Under the pieces are notes generated by a model. It saw only the letters and a list, made by a program, of their open reading frames with translations. It had not been told where the DNA came from and ran no database searches. A stretch of DNA of 45,041 nucleotides, from contig CAXTMD010000002.1 of the NCBI GenBank assembly GCA_964245035.1, positions 1,253 to 46,293 of the forward strand, given 5' to 3'. The DNA comes from an uncultured Chthoniobacterales bacterium. GTDB lineage: Bacteria; Verrucomicrobiota; Verrucomicrobiia; Chthoniobacterales; SZAS-18. Positions 29,237 through 39,410 of this stretch are shown here, one piece after another. Position 1 is the first letter of the stretch; each line of letters starts with the position of its first letter. The position numbers were made by a program, and so were the translations under genes.

Positions 29237-30230
29237 GAACGTGCGACGGCCCGCCACCGAGGGCAGCGCCCTGCCCTGGTGGCAGCGCCTGCACGGGGCG
29301 GGGCCGTTTCTCGGTCTGTTGGTGCTCTGCGTGGCGGGCACGCTGCTCAACCACGATTTCGCCACGTTCGACAACGCGATGAACGTGCTGACCCGCACGG
29401 CGTTCATCGGGATCATCGCCGTCGGCATGTGCTTCGTCATCATCTCGGGCGGCATCGACCTGTCCGTCGGGTCGATGGCGGCTTTGATCGCCGGACTGGT
29501 CATCCTCTTGATGAACAAGCTGGGCCACGCCGGGTTCTCCCCCGTGGTGGCCGTCGGTGGCGGGATGTTATGCGCCCTCTTGATCGGCGGGGTCTGCGGA
29601 CTGCTGCACGGCCTGTGCATCACCCGGGGGCAGATCGAGCCGTTCATCGTCACGCTCGGGACGCTGGGCATTTACCGCGCCTACCTAACCTACTTCGCCG
29701 ACGGCGGCGCGCTGACCCTGGACGACACGCTTTCCGACGCCTACAGCCCCGTCTACTACGCGAGCGTGCTGCGCGTCCCGATCCCTGTGTGGGTGTTCCT
29801 GGCCGTGGCGGTGGCCGGCGGAGTGATCCTCAACCGCACGGCCTACGGACGCTACGTGCAGGCCATCGGCTCCAACGAGCAAGTCGCGCGCTACGCGGCG
29901 GTCAACGTCGACCGCGTCAAGGTGCTCACCTACGTGCTGCTGGGCGTCTGCGTGGGGATCGCCACGCTGCTGTACGTCCCGCGGCTGGGCTCCGCCTCGC
30001 CGACCACGGGTTTGCTGTGGGAACTGGAGGCCATCGCCTCGGTCATCGTGGGCGGCACGATGCTGCGCGGCGGCGCGGGCAGCATCGTCGGCACGGTGGT
30101 CGGCGCGATCCTGCTCTCCGTGATTGGCAACATCCTCAATCTCACCAACCTGATCAGCGTCTACCTCAACGCGGCGGTGCAGGGCTTCGCCATCATCCTA
30201 GTTGCCTTCTTGCAACGCCGCCGTAGATAA
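29217..30230 (+). CDS. CUT2 (RbsC-like) sugar ABC permease
   Basis: 'GGIDLSVGS', '[10 protein letters not shown]', '[13 protein letters not shown]'. Confidence 0.92.
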   Translation: MPPEPTENVRRPATEGSALPWWQRLHGAGPFLGLLVLCVAGTLLNHDFATFDNAMNVLTRTAFIGIIAVGMCFVIISGGIDLSVGSMAALIAGLVILLMNKLGHAGFSPVVAVGGGMLCALLIGGVCGLLHGLCITRGQIEPFIVTLGTLGIYRAYLTYFADGGALTLDDTLSDAYSPVYYASVLRVPIPVWVFLAVAVAGGVILNRTAYGRYVQAIGSNEQVARYAAVNVDRVKVLTYVLLGVCVGIATLLYVPRLGSASPTTGLLWELEAIASVIVGGTMLRGGAGSIVGTVVGAILLSVIGNILNLTNLISVYLNAAVQGFAIILVAFLQRRRR

Positions 30231-30236
30231 CAATTC

Positions 30237-31235
30237 ATGCACCTCCCCTCCCCCCAACTCCCCGTCCGGTTCAAACAAACCGTCCGCCGGCTGGCCGGCG
30301 TCACGGCCGCCTGCCTGGCCATCGGCGCGGCCTCGTCGGCGCACGCGGACGAAAACGTCAACCTCGGCGTTTCCATCCCGACCGCGACCCACGGCTTCAC
30401 CGGCGCGATTGTGTACTGGGCCAACCAGGCCAAGAAGGATTTGGAGAAAGAGCACCCCGGGCTCAAGATTACCGTCAAGACAGGCGCGAACGCCTCCGAA
30501 CAGGCCAACCAGCTCCAGGACCTGTCCACCGTCACCAAGATCAACGCCCTGGTCGTCTTCCCCTTTGAGTCGGCTGCCCTGACCAAGCCCGTGGCGCAGA
30601 TTCACGGCAAAGGCACGTACGTGACCGTGGTTGACCGCGGCCTGACGGACACCAGCGCGCAGGACGCCTACATTTCCGGCGACAACACCGCCTTTGGCAA
30701 GATTCCCGCCGAGTACCTGGCCAAGGCTCTGGACGGCAAAGGCGACATCGTCGTCCTGCGCGGCATCGCCACCACCCTCGACAACGAGCGCATGGACGCC
30801 TTCAACTCGGTGATGAAGGACCATCCCGACATCCACATCCTCGATGCCAAGTACGGCAATTGGAACCGCGACGATGCCTTCAAGGTGATGCAGGATTACC
30901 TCACCCGCTTCAACCACATCGACGCCGTATGGGCGGCGGACGACGACATGGCCGTGGGCGTCCTCAAGGCCATCGACCAATCCAAGCGCAAGGACATCAA
31001 GATCGTCTTCGGCGGCGCGGGTGCCAAGGGCATGATCAAGACCTTGATGGACGGCAGCAACCCGCTGATCCAGGCTAATGTCTCGTACTCGCCCCACTTC
31101 ATCTACGACGCCATCAAGATGACCGCCGAGGCCCGGCTGAAGGGCGAGAAGCTGCCGGCGACCGACATCATTCCTTCGGTGCTGATCACCAAGGAGAACG
31201 CGAAGCAGTTCTACTTCCCGGACTCGCCGTTCTGA
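30237..31235 (+). CDS. CUT2 sugar-binding protein
   Basis: Signal peptide (AHA); type I periplasmic binding fold 'VTVVDR', 'VWAADDDMAVG'. Confidence 0.9.
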   Translation: MHLPSPQLPVRFKQTVRRLAGVTAACLAIGAASSAHADENVNLGVSIPTATHGFTGAIVYWANQAKKDLEKEHPGLKITVKTGANASEQANQLQDLSTVTKINALVVFPFESAALTKPVAQIHGKGTYVTVVDRGLTDTSAQDAYISGDNTAFGKIPAEYLAKALDGKGDIVVLRGIATTLDNERMDAFNSVMKDHPDIHILDAKYGNWNRDDAFKVMQDYLTRFNHIDAVWAADDDMAVGVLKAIDQSKRKDIKIVFGGAGAKGMIKTLMDGSNPLIQANVSYSPHFIYDAIKMTAEARLKGEKLPATDIIPSVLITKENAKQFYFPDSPF

Positions 31236-31275
31236 GAAGGCGTGTAGAGTGAAACCGCGCCGCGGGCGCCCATCT

Positions 31276-31392
31276 TACTAGGTAGGGACGGCTCTCCGAG
31301 CCGTCCCAAATGTTTCCGGCGAGACGCACCGCGTGCGCAACGGGCATCCAGCCAATCTAGGGAGCGGCTCGGAGAGCCCTCCCTACCTAGTA
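31276..31392. repeat. REPIN-like element, family B (inverted GTAG REP pair)
   Basis: Arms TACTAGGTAGGGACGGCTCTCCGAGCCGTCCC and GGGAGCGGCTCGGAGAGCCCTCCCTACCTAGTA are near-perfect inverted repeats. Confidence 0.85.
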
Positions 31393-31580
31393 GGACGATG
31401 GCAGCTTCGCTGCCGTTGCTGACCTCCCGCGCGTTTACTGAACGCGTCGCCTGTTCACCACGGCCACGTTGATAAATGACGACGCTGCCGTCCGGAGTGA
31501 ACGCCTTGCACGATTGAACGTTGCACGACTCGCCGTTCGGCAGCTTCGTGCTACCCACTAGACTTGTATCCTCCCAAACC

Positions 31581-32549
31581 ATGAAATCTCTGTTTCCTCC
31601 ACTCCTTTCCTCGCTGGCGGTTCTCGGTGCTCTCGCCGTGACGGCCCTGCCGCTTTCCACGGCGTCGGCCCAGTCCAAGAAGCTGACCTCGGTCGGCGTG
31701 ACGGTCGGCGACCTCGGCAATCCCTTCTTCGTGCTGATCGGCAAGGCCGCCCAGGCCAAGGCCAAGGAACTCGGCGGTGACGGGGTCAAGGTGACCCTCG
31801 TGTCGTCCAACTACGACATCAACACGCAGGCCACCCAGATCGACAACTTCATCGCCTCGGGCGTGCAGCTCATCATCCTCGGTGCGGCCGACAGCAAGGG
31901 CATCGCTCCGGCCGTGCGCCGGGCCAAGGAGGCAGGGATCGTGGTGGTCGCCGTGGACGTGGCGGCCGAAGGCGGCGTGGATGCCACGGTGATGTCCGAC
32001 AACAAGCAGGCTGGTGAGGAAGATGCGAAGTACATCGTGGATCGCCTCAAGGGCAAGGGCAACGTCATCATCATCAATGGCCCTCCCGTGAGTTCCGTGC
32101 AGGATCGTGCCAACGGCGCGCTGGAAGTTTTCAAGAAGAACAGCGGCATCAAGGTGCTCTCGCAGGACCAGAACGCCGGCGGCAGCCGCGACGGCGGCCT
32201 GCGCGTGGCGACCGACCTGCTCTCCGCGAACCCGCACGTGGACGCGATCTTCGGCATCAACGACCCGACCGCCATCGGGGCTGACCTCGCCGCGCGGCAG
32301 GCCGACCGCAAGGACTTCTTCATCGTCGGGGTGGACGGCTCGCCCGACGGCGAAGCGGCGCTCAAAGCCAAGAACAGCCTCTTCACCGCCACGGCGGCGC
32401 AGGACCCGTACGCCATGACCGAAAAGGCCGTGGAGATCGGCTATGACGTCCTCCAGGGCAAGAAGCCCGATAACAAGCTGACCCTGATCCCGGTCAAGCT
32501 CGTCACGCGCGACGACGTGGCCCAGTACAAGGGCTGGAACGCCCGCTGA
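31581..32549 (+). CDS. CUT2 polyol/sugar-binding protein (ThpA/XypA-like)
   Basis: 'VGVTVGDLGNPFFV', 'YDINTQATQIDNFIASGV', 'INDPTAIGADLA', 'GVDGSP'; signal peptide. Confidence 0.88.
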   Translation: MKSLFPPLLSSLAVLGALAVTALPLSTASAQSKKLTSVGVTVGDLGNPFFVLIGKAAQAKAKELGGDGVKVTLVSSNYDINTQATQIDNFIASGVQLIILGAADSKGIAPAVRRAKEAGIVVVAVDVAAEGGVDATVMSDNKQAGEEDAKYIVDRLKGKGNVIIINGPPVSSVQDRANGALEVFKKNSGIKVLSQDQNAGGSRDGGLRVATDLLSANPHVDAIFGINDPTAIGADLAARQADRKDFFIVGVDGSPDGEAALKAKNSLFTATAAQDPYAMTEKAVEIGYDVLQGKKPDNKLTLIPVKLVTRDDVAQYKGWNAR

Positions 32550-32594
32550 GGTGTCCGCGCCCGCTTGAGAGAAGCTCATCGCCGCTCCCCCGTC

Positions 32595-34136
32595 ATGGTT
32601 GCACTCGCCAGCCAGCCGGACGCGCCTGCGCTGGAGATGCGCGGGATCGAGAAGTCGTTCCCCGGAGTCAAGGCACTCCGGGGAGTCGACTTGAACGTTC
32701 GGTCCGGTGAAATCCACGCCTTGATGGGCGAGAACGGTGCGGGCAAGAGCACACTGATGAAGGTGCTCGCAGGCGCCTACCGCGCCGACAAGGGCGAGGT
32801 GCGCATCAATGGGCAGCCGCTGACGCTGGGCGACCCGGCGGCTTCCCGGCGGTCCGGTGTCACCCTGATTTATCAGGAGATCAGCCTCGCTCCCAATCTC
32901 ACCGTCGCCGAGAACATCTTCTTGGGCGAGGAGATCAGCCGCGGCGGCATGGTGAATCGGGCGGCGATGCGTGAGCGGGCCAGCGAAGTGTTGAAGACGC
33001 TGGGCACGAGCTTCGGACCCGAGGTGCAGGCTGGCCGGCTCTCCATCGCCGAGCAGCAGCAGGTGGAGATCGCCCGCGCCCTGCACCGCCACAGCCGGGT
33101 GCTCATCATGGACGAGCCCACGGCGGCCCTCTCGGACCGTGAGACGGAGCGGCTTTTCAACCTGATTCGCAAGCTGCGCGAGGATGGGCTGGCCATCGTC
33201 TACATCAGCCACCGGATGGCGGAGGTCTACGCGCTGGCGGACCGAGTCAGCGTGCTGCGCGACGGTGGCTACGTCGGCACGCTGGAACGCGCGGACCTTT
33301 CCGCCGAGCGTTTGATCCAGATGATGGTAGGCCGTCCGCTGGGCGACTTCTACCGCCACGCGCGCCACACCGTCGGGGATGAGGTGCTCACGGTGAACAA
33401 CGTCAGCGACACGCGCGGCAAGGTCCACGACGTTTCCCTGACCTTGCGCGCGGGAGAAATCCTCGGCTTGGCGGGGTTGGTCGGCGCGGGACGCACCGAG
33501 TTGGCCCGGCTGATCTTCGGGGCCGACCGGCTCGGCGGCGGGTCGATCCAACTCGAAGGCAAGGAACTGCGCGCCCGCTCGCCGCTCGGAGCCATCCGGG
33601 CAGGCATCGGCTACGTTCCCGAAGATCGCAAGCAGCTCGGGTTGTTCCTGGAGATGAGCGCCAGCGAGAACATCACCATGAACGTGCTCGACCGCGAATC
33701 GGCGGGGGCGAGCGTGCTGCGGCCCAAGCGCCTGCGGGAACTCACGCTGCAAGCGATCAAGGACTTCGCCATCCGGGTCGCCAGCCCGGCCGCGAAGGCG
33801 CTGGGGTTGTCCGGCGGCAACCAGCAAAAACTCCTCGTGGCCCGCTGGGTGGAAATCGGCCCCAAGGTGCTGCTCCTCGATGAACCCACGCGCGGGGTGG
33901 ACATCGGTGCCAAGAGCGAAATTTACCGCTTGGTAGGCGAACTGGCCGCCAAGGGCGTTGCGGTGCTCTTCATTTCCAGCGAGTTGCCGGAGGTCATCGG
34001 CATCAGCGACCGGGTGCTGGTCATGCGCGAAGGCCACCTGATGGGCGAACTCCGCGGCGGTGAGGGCAAAGATGCCATCACGCAAGAAAACATCATGGCT
34101 CTAGCCACGGGCACGGCTGCTTCCTCCCCGGCATAA
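32595..34136 (+). CDS. CUT2 (RbsA-like) ABC ATPase
   Basis: [29 protein letters not shown]; start at MVALASQ. Confidence 0.92.
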   Translation: MVALASQPDAPALEMRGIEKSFPGVKALRGVDLNVRSGEIHALMGENGAGKSTLMKVLAGAYRADKGEVRINGQPLTLGDPAASRRSGVTLIYQEISLAPNLTVAENIFLGEEISRGGMVNRAAMRERASEVLKTLGTSFGPEVQAGRLSIAEQQQVEIARALHRHSRVLIMDEPTAALSDRETERLFNLIRKLREDGLAIVYISHRMAEVYALADRVSVLRDGGYVGTLERADLSAERLIQMMVGRPLGDFYRHARHTVGDEVLTVNNVSDTRGKVHDVSLTLRAGEILGLAGLVGAGRTELARLIFGADRLGGGSIQLEGKELRARSPLGAIRAGIGYVPEDRKQLGLFLEMSASENITMNVLDRESAGASVLRPKRLRELTLQAIKDFAIRVASPAAKALGLSGGNQQKLLVARWVEIGPKVLLLDEPTRGVDIGAKSEIYRLVGELAAKGVAVLFISSELPEVIGISDRVLVMREGHLMGELRGGEGKDAITQENIMALATGTAASSPA

Positions 34137-34158
34137 AACATCCACCGCTTCCCCCCTT

Positions 34159-35181
34159 ATGGCCTCCGACCTGACCACGTCCACGAGCACACCTTCGCCC
34201 GGGGGAGTGTCCGAGTCGCCGACGATCCGAGCGGCGGAAGCTGCCCGTTCCCGCAGCAACTTCTGGCAGGTGGTGGGTATCTTGCCGGTGTTGCTGCTGA
34301 TCGGCCTCCTGTTCTCCTTCCTGACGCCGAACTTCCTGACCTCCAGCAACCTGATCAACGTCGCGCGTCAGGCGTCGATCAACACCGTGCTGGCCGCTGG
34401 CATGACCTTCGTCATCCTCACCGGGGGCATTGATCTTTCGGTTGGTTCCATCCTCGGGGTCTCGGCCGTCATCGCGCTGCAAATTTCGCTGATGCCCTCC
34501 CTGGTCTGGGCCATCTTGCCGGTGACTCTGCTCTCCGGCCTCGTGCTGGGCACGCTCACCGGGGCCACGGTGGCCTACGTGGGTCTGCCGCCCTTCATCG
34601 TGACGCTCGGCACGTACACGGCGCTGCGGGGCGCGGCTTACCTGCTGGCTAACGGCACGACCATCATCAACAACGACATCCCCTTCGATTGGATCGGTAA
34701 CGGTCGCCTCGGTCCGATCCCTTGGCTGATCATCATCGCGCTGATCACGATCTTGGTCAGCGCGTTCATCCTGCGGCGCACGGTCCTGGGCGTGCGCATC
34801 TACGCGGTGGGCGGCAACGCCCAAGCCGCCCGGCTAACGGGTATCCGCGTGGAGCGTGTGCTGGTGTTTGTGTACGCCGTAAGCGGCCTGTTGGCCGCGC
34901 TGGCGGGACTGATGAGCGCCAGCCGCCTATACAGCGCGAACGGCAAACTCGGTGAGGGTTACGAACTGGATGCCATCGCGGCGGTGATCCTCGGGGGCAC
35001 CAGTTTCACCGGCGGCATTGGCACGATCAGCGGCACGCTCCTGGGTGCCCTGGTGATTGCCACCCTCAACAATGGCCTTACGCTCATGAACGTTTCGTTC
35101 TTCTGGCAGTTGGTGGTCAAGGGCCTCGTGATCGTCATCGCCGTCACGGTTGATAAGCTGCGCACCCGCACATCGACGTGA
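34159..35181 (+). CDS. CUT2 (RbsC-like) ABC permease
   Basis: '[17 protein letters not shown]', 'PPFIVTLG', 'GYELDAIAAVILGGTSF'. Confidence 0.92.
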   Translation: MASDLTTSTSTPSPGGVSESPTIRAAEAARSRSNFWQVVGILPVLLLIGLLFSFLTPNFLTSSNLINVARQASINTVLAAGMTFVILTGGIDLSVGSILGVSAVIALQISLMPSLVWAILPVTLLSGLVLGTLTGATVAYVGLPPFIVTLGTYTALRGAAYLLANGTTIINNDIPFDWIGNGRLGPIPWLIIIALITILVSAFILRRTVLGVRIYAVGGNAQAARLTGIRVERVLVFVYAVSGLLAALAGLMSASRLYSANGKLGEGYELDAIAAVILGGTSFTGGIGTISGTLLGALVIATLNNGLTLMNVSFFWQLVVKGLVIVIAVTVDKLRTRTST

Positions 35182-35197
35182 GCCGTGGCACGGAGAC

Positions 35198-35320
35198 ATT
35201 GTAGGGCAGGCGCTCCGCCTGCCGCGTGACGAGAAGTGGCTTGAGAACAGACCAAAACGGGAGGTGTGCAAGGCGCTGGCGGCGTCCCGTCACGCGGCAG
35301 GCGGAGCAAGGGTCTCTACA
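35198..35320. repeat. REPIN-like element, family A, second (diverged) copy
   Basis: ATTGTAGGGCAGGCGCTCCGCCTGCCGCGTGACG...CGTCACGCGGCAGGCGGAGC...CTACA; the spacer is homologous to that of 10346-10471. Confidence 0.8.
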
Positions 35321-36422
35321 GCCGGAGAGTTTCTCCGCGCGCCCCACTTTCTTGAGGCGCCTGGCTATCCTCCTGGGCGCAGATTTCCAGCGCCGTGTCG
35401 CCATCGACGATCAAGCCGCTGACGAAGCCAGCCCGCAGGATGCCCCGCGCGCCCTTCGCTTTGGTGCGACCGCCACACAGCAGGATCACGTCGCGGCCAC
35501 GCAGGTGCTTCAAATCCAACGCGAGAGAACGCTGGTTCAGCTCTGATTTCACCGGCTGGCCGTTCCGGTCGAAGAACGTGCCCATCGCATCGGCCACCGC
35601 CCCGGCGCGGTGCAGTTCGTCGAGTTCCGAATTGGAAAGGAAACTCTTCTCGAACAGGAACCCGCTCCGGTCGCATTCCCCCATGCTCATGAAGAAAACG
35701 TCTGCCCGCGCCGCCAGCGCCAGCGTTTCCTTCACGACCCGCTGTGCCATGAGGACGTTGCGGTCGGCCACGCTGTTGGCGATGTAGGGCACGGGTAGAA
35801 AATGCCCCTCCCCGCCGGTCTTCTCGGCGGCGCGGTGCACCACGTCAAACAGGTTTGCCGCGGAGTTCATCGTCAACGACCCCATCGTGGAGACAAAGCA
35901 GGCGTCGGGCTTGCGCACGCCGGCCAGTTGGTCGACCATCATCGCCGTCGTACGGCCCCACGCCAACCCGACCACCGGGTGATCGCTGAGTTGCAAACGC
36001 TCGCGCAGATAACGCGCGGCGACCATGCCCACCGCGCGGCGGGCCATCTCGTCCTCCATCGCCGCGTTGCCAGCCGGCGGACCGTTCTTGCCCGGGAAAT
36101 GCGTCGAAGTGTGCAGGGGCGGCGTGACCAGACATAGGGCCAGCTTGAAGCGGCGACGCAGTCGCTCCTCCACCTCGACCATGTCGCTCAGCCGGTGCTC
36201 GATGGAGATTTTGACGATGCCCGCTTCGCGCGCTTCGGCTAACAGACGCGCCGCCTTCGGACGGGAGACTCGGAGGATTTTCGCCGTGTCCTCTTGGGTG
36301 TGACCGGCCATGTAATAGAGCCAGGCCGCCCGCACCAGGTCGTCCGGGTCGCTGCCCCCGACGGGGAACCCAGCAGCCTTGGCAGCGTCGGCCTTGATGC
36401 GGCTGGGAGTTTTATGAGTCAT
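35316..36422 (-). CDS. SorC/DeoR-family sugar-binding transcriptional regulator
   Basis: 'AAWLYYMAGHTQEDTA...VSRPKAARLLAEAREAGIVKI', 'GLAWGRT', 'CGGRTKA', 'LIVDGDTA'; start uncertain (MTHK chosen). Confidence 0.92.
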   Translation of the reverse strand: MTHKTPSRIKADAAKAAGFPVGGSDPDDLVRAAWLYYMAGHTQEDTAKILRVSRPKAARLLAEAREAGIVKISIEHRLSDMVEVEERLRRRFKLALCLVTPPLHTSTHFPGKNGPPAGNAAMEDEMARRAVGMVAARYLRERLQLSDHPVVGLAWGRTTAMMVDQLAGVRKPDACFVSTMGSLTMNSAANLFDVVHRAAEKTGGEGHFLPVPYIANSVADRNVLMAQRVVKETLALAARADVFFMSMGECDRSGFLFEKSFLSNSELDELHRAGAVADAMGTFFDRNGQPVKSELNQRSLALDLKHLRGRDVILLCGGRTKAKGARGILRAGFVSGLIVDGDTALEICAQEDSQAPQESGARGETLRL

Positions 36423-36676
36423 TTTACCTTCGCGCATGCCCCGCGTCGCAGGAAATTGAACTACCAACCCCGGGGGATACCGTGGGGTGACCCGCAACGA
36501 AGCCGGGCCTGCCCCATCTTGGCCCAATTGCCTCCCCAGCGGAAGCTTTTTCGTACGGCACTTTAGCCTTTGTGCAGTCTGCGAGCACCGGCTTACCGTC
36601 CTTGTGCGACGAACAGCGAAGCTGGTGCAGACGATGCCCAGCCCGCCGCTGTGCGCCTACTCTCGGCCCCTCGCCG

Positions 36677-36883
36677 TCAGTAAGGATGGTGACCAAAGAA
36701 GTGCTGACTCGCGTACGCGAGCAAGATCAAGCCAGCGAGACAGAAAACCAGTTCGCCAGGGTTGTGCGCGGCGGGGCCGGGGAGCGTGTGATCAGACCGC
36801 ATGTGAGCACGCCAAGGTCCAGGAGCCCAGTTGTAGATGCCCAACAGCAGCAGCAGCGAAACGAGGATAATAAAAGCTGTCAT
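36677..36883 (-). CDS. Putative 68-aa two-TM small protein
   Basis: MTAFIILVSLLLLLGIYNW...ELVFCLAGLILLAYA; sigma70-like promoter directly upstream. Confidence 0.5.
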   Translation of the reverse strand: MTAFIILVSLLLLLGIYNWAPGPWRAHMRSDHTLPGPAAHNPGELVFCLAGLILLAYASQHFFGHHPY

Positions 36884-36900
36884 AGTATTGTTATACATTA

Positions 36901-36928
36901 ATAATACAGATTTCTGAAGCTGTATCAA
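36901..36928 (-). promoter_or_regulatory. Sigma70-like promoter (TTGATA-N16-TATTAT, with TG before the -10)
   Basis: Minus strand reads TTGATAcagcttcagaaatctgTATTAT in an AT-rich patch. Confidence 0.5.
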
Positions 36929-37021
36929 GCAATTTTTCAATTTGGCTCGGCAGGAGCAAACCGTCGCGTTTGTCACTGGGTACTTCCCGCAACGCAGCGA
37001 TTGTCTCTGGCTCTGACAAAC

Positions 37022-37054
37022 AAAAAACCCCGTGGGGACAACCCACAGGGTTTT
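37022..37054 (-). terminator. Rho-independent terminator after eltD
   Basis: AAAACCC-C-GTGGG-GACAA-CCCAC-A-GGGTTTT with a T-tract on the minus strand. Confidence 0.75.
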
Positions 37055-37077
37055 CAGCGATCTTCTGCGTGGGCTGA

Positions 37078-38265
37078 CTATGGAATCAAGAGCACCTTGA
37101 TGGACTTGTCGCCCTTCTTCATCAGTTCCATGCCCTGCTTGAACTCTTCCAGCGGCAACTGGTGGGTAACAACACCGTCGGTGGGCAGCCGCCCATCACC
37201 GATGGCTTCGATGGCGAAGGGATAGCAGTACGGGCCGAGGTGCGCGCCGAGGATGTCGAGCATCTTGCGGTCGGAGATGATGCTCCAGTCTACCGTGACA
37301 TCGTGCGAGAACACGCTGAACTCCACGAAGCGGCCCAGTTTGCGGATCATGGCCAAGCCCTGCTTGACCGAATCCGGGTGTCCGGTCGCCTCGACGTAAA
37401 CGTCGCAGCCGTAGCCACCCGTCATCTCCTTGACACGCGCCACCACGTCGTCCTTGAGCGGGTTCATCACCACGTCCGCGCCGTACTTCTTGGCGAGGTC
37501 CAACCGATCTTGCTTCACATCGAGCACAACGAGCTTCGAGGGATTGTGCAGCCGCATGGCACCCACCATGCCGAGTCCCAGCGGACCCGCGCCAGCCAGC
37601 ACCACCACATCTTCCAGGGTAATCTTGGCACGCTTCACGGCAAATACGGAACAGGCGTACGGCTCGACGAGGATCGCTTTCTCCAGCGGGATGTCGTGCG
37701 GCACGAGGTGGTTGATGGCCTCCTTCGGGTAGCGCATGTACTCCGCGAACCCGCCGTTGACGTTGTTCTGGAAGCCGTACACGTCGTGCTTCTCGCACAT
37801 CCAGTACTCGCCGCGCAGACAGAACCGGCAGTCCCAGCACGGGACGATCTGCTCGGAGATGATGCGGTCCCCGATCTTGAACTTGCCCTTCTTCGCCACG
37901 TTATCGCCGATGGCCACCGCATGGCCGAGGAACTCGTGGCCCGGGATCATCGGGGCCTTGATGTACTTGGGCTGGCCCTGGCCGCCCCAGAACGACGCGG
38001 CCCCGTCGTTCGCCTTGATGTCGCCGGCGCAGATGCCGCAGGCTTCCACCTTGACGATGATGTCATCCGGTCCGCATTCTGGAACCGGCACGGTTTCCAG
38101 GCGGTAATCGCCGGGGGCGTAAGCGACGACCGCGCGCATCGTCTTGGGCAGATCGCCTTTGCTGCCGCTGGTGGCGGAAGCCGGCGTGGTGGTATCGCGG
38201 GGAGCCAGTTCGACCGCCGGGACGGAGGCTGAGCTACGCGTCGGAGTTTCAGAGGTTGTGCTCAT
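37078..38265 (-). CDS. eltD: Zn-dependent polyol dehydrogenase, erythritol/L-threitol dehydrogenase-like
   Basis: 'ACGICAGD', 'FWG', 'PGHEF', structural Zn 'CWDCRFC..GEYWMC', GAGPLG, 'GRFVEFSVF...VDWSIISDRK.LD..GAHLGPYCYP'. Confidence 0.82.
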   Translation of the reverse strand: MSTTSETPTRSSASVPAVELAPRDTTTPASATSGSKGDLPKTMRAVVAYAPGDYRLETVPVPECGPDDIIVKVEACGICAGDIKANDGAASFWGGQGQPKYIKAPMIPGHEFLGHAVAIGDNVAKKGKFKIGDRIISEQIVPCWDCRFCLRGEYWMCEKHDVYGFQNNVNGGFAEYMRYPKEAINHLVPHDIPLEKAILVEPYACSVFAVKRAKITLEDVVVLAGAGPLGLGMVGAMRLHNPSKLVVLDVKQDRLDLAKKYGADVVMNPLKDDVVARVKEMTGGYGCDVYVEATGHPDSVKQGLAMIRKLGRFVEFSVFSHDVTVDWSIISDRKMLDILGAHLGPYCYPFAIEAIGDGRLPTDGVVTHQLPLEEFKQGMELMKKGDKSIKVLLIP

Positions 38266-38321
38266 ATCAACTGATTCGTTGGGATGGGGGTGGAGAGACG
38301 CTTTCGCAAGCGTGAAGTTCT

Positions 38322-39410
38322 TTATACGGTAAGGCGATTGGTCGTTTCGATGTCGAACAGGTTTAAGTCTTCGTCACTGAAGGAAAGCTGAACGTTCGAT
38401 CCAGGCTTGTACTGCTTCGTCAACGGCACGCTTGCCATGAGGAGCACGTCGCCGAAGCGCACGCCGACGCGGGTCTCGTCACCCAGGTCTTCCACGACCG
38501 ACACCGTACCGGGCACGGAGCCCGGGCTGGCGTTGCGCGACACCTCGATGCCCCACGGGCGCACGCCCAGCTTGACCCGGGTGCGGTTGCCGCTCAACTG
38601 CCGGACGTGGTTGCTCATCGGCAGAGCGAACGTGGTTCCGGGCAAAACCCAGCGGTCCTGCGCGTCGCGTTCGACCGCAAAGATGTTCATCGGCGGCTCG
38701 CCCAGGAACCCGGCGACGAATTCATTGGCCGGATGGTTGAACACCTCCAGCGGCGTGTCGAACTGCTGGAGCTTGCCGTCGTTGAGCACAGCGATCCGGT
38801 CGGCCAGCGCCATCGCCTCCAATTGGTCGTGCGTGACGATGACCGTGGTGAAACGCTGCTCGATGTGCAGGCGCTTGATCTCCGTGCGCATCTGCACCCG
38901 CAGGGCGGCGTCCAGATGGCTGAGCGGCTCGTCCAGCAGCAGCACCGCCGGCCGCCGCACCAGCGCGCGGGCGATGTTGACGCGCTGCTTCTGGCCGCTG
39001 CTCAGCGCCGCTGGCTTGAGGTCGAGCAGTTCGGAGATGTGCAGGTACTTGGAAATCTCCGTGACCCGGCTTTGCACCTCGGGCTCGGCGATGCCGTGCG
39101 CCCGCAGGTTGAACGCCAGGTTGTCGCGGATCTTGAGCGGAGGGTACAGCGCGTAGTTCTCAAACGCCAAGCCGACGCCCCGGTCCTTCGGATGGACGTC
39201 GTTGATCACCCGGCCACCGATGATGATCTCGCCACCGGTGACGCTTTCCAATCCGGCGATCATCCGCAGCGACGTGGACTTTCCGCAACCGGAAGGGCCC
39301 AACAGCGCCATGAACTCACCGTCCTGGACTTCGAGGTTCACGTCGTTCACCGCGCGGGGCGTGGTGGGACTATACTGTTTGACGACTTTGCGAAAGGTAA
39401 GTTCAGCCAC
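38322..39410 (-). CDS. CUT1 ABC ATPase, second subunit
   Basis: GPSGCGKST, 'AFENYALYP', variant signature LSSGQKQR, DEPLSHLDA; GTG start overlapping the upstream gene. Confidence 0.9.
   Translation of the reverse strand: MAELTFRKVVKQYSPTTPRAVNDVNLEVQDGEFMALLGPSGCGKSTSLRMIAGLESVTGGEIIIGGRVINDVHPKDRGVGLAFENYALYPPLKIRDNLAFNLRAHGIAEPEVQSRVTEISKYLHISELLDLKPAALSSGQKQRVNIARALVRRPAVLLLDEPLSHLDAALRVQMRTEIKRLHIEQRFTTVIVTHDQLEAMALADRIAVLNDGKLQQFDTPLEVFNHPANEFVAGFLGEPPMNIFAVERDAQDRWVLPGTTFALPMSNHVRQLSGNRTRVKLGVRPWGIEVSRNASPGSVPGTVSVVEDLGDETRVGVRFGDVLLMASVPLTKQYKPGSNVQLSFSDEDLNLFDIETTNRLTV

Noticed and set aside
31551-34085. 844-aa minus-strand ORF
   Set aside because: Antisense shadow of the binding-protein and ATPase genes.
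36424-36696. 90-aa ORF upstream of the SorC-family gene
   Set aside because: No motif or start context; more likely a promoter or leader region.
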